NCBI RefSeq assembly: GCF_006345805.1 | Contig: NC_043010.1 | Span: 51,894,001 to 51,958,000, forward strand | From: Octopus sinensis | Lineage: Eukaryota | Length of the DNA: 64,000 nucleotides | Direction: 5' to 3' | Part shown: positions 60,802-64,000 of the stretch, piece after piece | Layout of the letters: every line of letters starts with the position of its first letter | How positions within the stretch are numbered: position 1 is the stretch's first letter | Made by a program: the position numbers and the translations under genes | Notes under the pieces: generated by a model | The model's input: the letters and a program-made list of their open reading frames with translations, nothing else | Database searches by the model: none | What the model was told of the DNA's origin: nothing

Positions 60802-62748
60802 CTAAGATGGAGAGTAAAGGAGGGAAGAAACAAACGTTATTACATTATAAGAGAAACAAAATACAAAAATAACAATTGTGATTTCTTACATAAATAAATT
60901 GCAAAAAAAAAACAAAAAAAAGTTGAGAAGTTTTGCTATGTTTATGTGCCTACATGTGTGTTTTGGGTATGAACATGTAAGGCATAGGAGTGGCTGAGTG
61001 GTAAGAAGCCTGCTTACGAACCACGTGGTTGCAGGTTCAATCCCACTGCGTGGCACCTTGGGCAAGTCTGCTACTATAGCCTCAGGCCAACCAAAGCCTT
61101 GTGAGTGGATTTGATAGACGGAAACTGAAAGAAGCCCGTCATATATGTGTATATGTGTGTGTGTGTGTTTCCCCTTCCCTCAACATCGCTTGACAACCGA
61201 TGCTGATGTGTTTATGTCCCCCGTAACTTAGCGGTTCGGCAAAAGAATCCAGTAGAATATGTACTAGGCTTACAAAGAATAAGTCCTGGGGTAGATTTGC
61301 TCGACTAAAGGCGGTGCTCCAGCATGGCCACAGTCAAATGACTGAAACAAGTCAAAGAGTAAATGGTATTTTCTTAACTGGCCAAGCTCTACAGCATTTG
61401 AACCCAGAATGCAATGGCAGAAACATAAGCACGCCGGAAGAAGTGCTTAGCAGTATTTCGTCTGTCTTTATGTTCTGAGTTCAAATTCCACCGATGTCGA
61501 CTTTGTCTTTCATCCTTTCGGGGTCGATGAATTAAGTATCAGTTACGCACTGGGGTCGATATAATCGACAATCCCTTTGTCTGTCCTTGTTTGTCCCCTC
61601 TGTGTGTAGCCCCTTGTGGGCAGTAAAGAAATAAGAATGTAATGCCAGGAGAATGCTGTTATGCCTTTTGACCAGCAGCAGTGCCTTCACAATAATGATT
61701 AAAATAGACAGATAAATAAAGAGAGAGAGAGAGAGTGAAGATACAGGCAAAACAGAGATACATATAGATAAAAAGAGAGACCACGGAGACAACTGGATAA
61801 AAAGAGAGAGTAAAACAGATTAAGAGAAAGATACAAAAAAAGAAATAAATAAAAGGGAAAAGAGACAGATAGAAAGAGATAAAAAAAGAGAGAGATACAG
61901 ATAAAGTGAGACAGAGATAGAAAAGGGAGAGACAGATACATGAAAATAGTGATAATGTAACGCCTTCTGATTGCACAAGGTCAGCGATTTTGGAGTTTGT
62001 CAAAATCATAGACTTCAGTAATTTATTTTATTTTATTTAGCCTGCTTGCCCTACTCTCGAAAGGGTATGGAGAAAGAATAATAAGAATAAAAGAAAAGCG
62101 AGGGATAAAGTGTTCGTAGGAAAAGTTTAACCCCTTTGTTAGCATATTCTTATTGAAATACATCATTTGAGTGTGGCCATTGCCAGTACCGCCTGACTGG
62201 CCATATGAAAAAACATTTGAGCGAGGTCGTTGCCAGTGCCGCTGGACTGGCTCCTGTGCAGGTGGCACATAAAAAACACCATTTGAGTATGGCCATTGCC
62301 AGTACCGCCTGACTGGCCCTCATGCCGGTGGTGTGTAAAAGAGTGGTTGGTGTTAGGAAGGGCATCCAGCTGTAGAAACTCTGCCAGATCAAGATTGGAG
62401 CCTGGTGCAGCCATCTGGTTCGCCAGTCCTCAGTCAAATCGTCCAACCCATGCTAGCATGGAAAGCGGATGTTAAATGATGATAATGATGATGATGACAA
62501 CTGCCTTTGTTCTAAATTAACTTTGAAAATTTTCAAGAATTTAGTAAAATAATTTTGTCGTTATTAAGTGGATGTTTGTACATAAAATTTTTGATGGAAG
62601 GTTTTAATTTAAATCACTTCAAAAGAAGAAACTTGTAGCATAGAACCAGGGGCAGTCCCAGGTGGGTTGTTATCAAAAGGGTTAAGGTAGAGCAAGCTTA
62701 AAAAGTATGTTAGCCAAGCAGGAAAGGTTAGTAAGGGTTTATACCAAC

Positions 62749-62841
62749 CTGGTGCTGGTGTTGGCATACTAGCGAGTGTTGTGTAATGGGTTGCCGGGTC
62801 ATACATCATTGAGTAGGACAGATGACCAGGTGCTGCTTGAC
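62749..62841 (-). CDS. NUP155: NUP155 exon (first in window; low-complexity loop)
   Basis: Acceptor cctttcctgttacag|, encodes (G)QAAPGHLSYSMMYDPATHYTTLASMPTPAP, donor g|gttggt. Phase 1-1 fits the next exon. Sequence is poorly conserved, so the call rests on splice sites and phase. Confidence 0.65.
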
Positions 62842-63288
62842 CTGTAACAGGAAAGGTATGGTTAACACCCAGCATTTATATGTGATGCCTACATCATATA
62901 GACCATGTGTCACACTTACACAGACACACATACATAAGAGTGCAGACAGACAAGCAGAGAGACACACATAAGAGTGCAGACAGACAAGCAGAGAGACACA
63001 CAGACAGACATGTTGGCATTTATGTCATATTTATAAAGTCAATACTTATAATGAATTTTTATTGTTCACACATATTGTAGCATAGAATGCAGTATTGTTG
63101 TAGCATATTGGCACAGGTGTGCTGTGTGGTAAGGAGTTTGCTTCTCAACCACATGGTTTCAGGTTCAGTCCTGTTGCATGGCAGCTTGGACAAGTGTCTT
63201 CTATTATAGCTTCAGGCTGGCCAAATCCTTGTGAGTGAATTTGGAAGAGGAAACTTGAATGAAAACCATCATGTGTGTGTGTGCGTGC

Positions 63289-63343
<55 letters not shown>

Positions 63344-64000
63344 AATGTATCTATGTGTGTCCCCTGCCACTGCTTGACAACTGGTGTTGGTGTGTTAGCA
63401 TCCCCTTAACTTAGCAGTTGGGCAAAAGAGACTGACAGAATGAGTACCAGGTTTAAAAAAAAATTAAGTACTGGGATCGATTCATTCAAATCAAATTAAT
63501 CAAGGCAATGCTGCAACATGGCCACAGTCTAATGAGTGAAACAAGTAAAAGGTAAGCATGTACATACACACACACACACACACTGTAGGGACACCTGTCT
63601 CACATTTATACAATGTGTATACATATAGAAGTATCACCAGGTCCAGTCCTTGTTATGTTGTGATGGCCTGTGTGCTTCAATAATTCATGATACCTAACTA
63701 GAGTTCATGTTAGTCCAACAATGAAGCCTCAACACTACACTTGATCTACTAGAAATAACAGCTAAATCTCACTCAATGCTCACCTTACTGTCTTAAAATA
63801 AGGCAAGACCCACTGGTCAATTTAGTTCTAGATACCCATTAAAAGAGTGAATAGTTGCAGCCAGAATAGTTTTGATGTCGCACCCACTAAACTCTCGGAG
63901 TGGTTGGCCTTAGGAAGGGCATCCAGCTGTAGAAACTCTGCCAGATCAGATTGGAGCCTGGCACAGTTCACCAGTCCTCAGTCAAATCGTCCAACCCATG

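Overview
AT-rich, intron-rich animal genomic DNA dense in SINEs and microsatellites. The repeat families look like those of octopus (a coleoid cephalopod); this is an inference from recognition, not a database match. Three protein-coding genes can be spliced by hand with GT-AG sites and consistent phases. (1) The 3' part of mitochondrial serine beta-lactamase-like LACTB (+), whose large terminal coding exon occurs as two intact, diverged tandem copies (3128-3689 and 5883-6426) behind a single penultimate exon. (2) A complete 5-exon MESD gene (-; ATG at 22720, stop at 11779; 191 aa) whose ER-retention signal KTEL sits on a separate terminal exon with only 18 coding nt. (3) The last 20 exons (~804 aa) of NUP155 (-; 62841 to 32242). 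The rest is tRNA-derived and RTE-tailed SINEs, TTAA-flanked piggyBac-type MITEs, Tc1 and mariner remnants, CR1/RTE 3' fragments, Penelope-like pieces and a 2.3-kb array of a 26-bp unit. The best candidate for an undescribed system is alternative-terminal-exon diversification of LACTB, with a ~250-nt fold-back hairpin between the two exon copies. All exon calls, counts and identities were made by eye and need RNA-seq or alignment confirmation. Most ORFs in the supplied track are spurious products of repeats.
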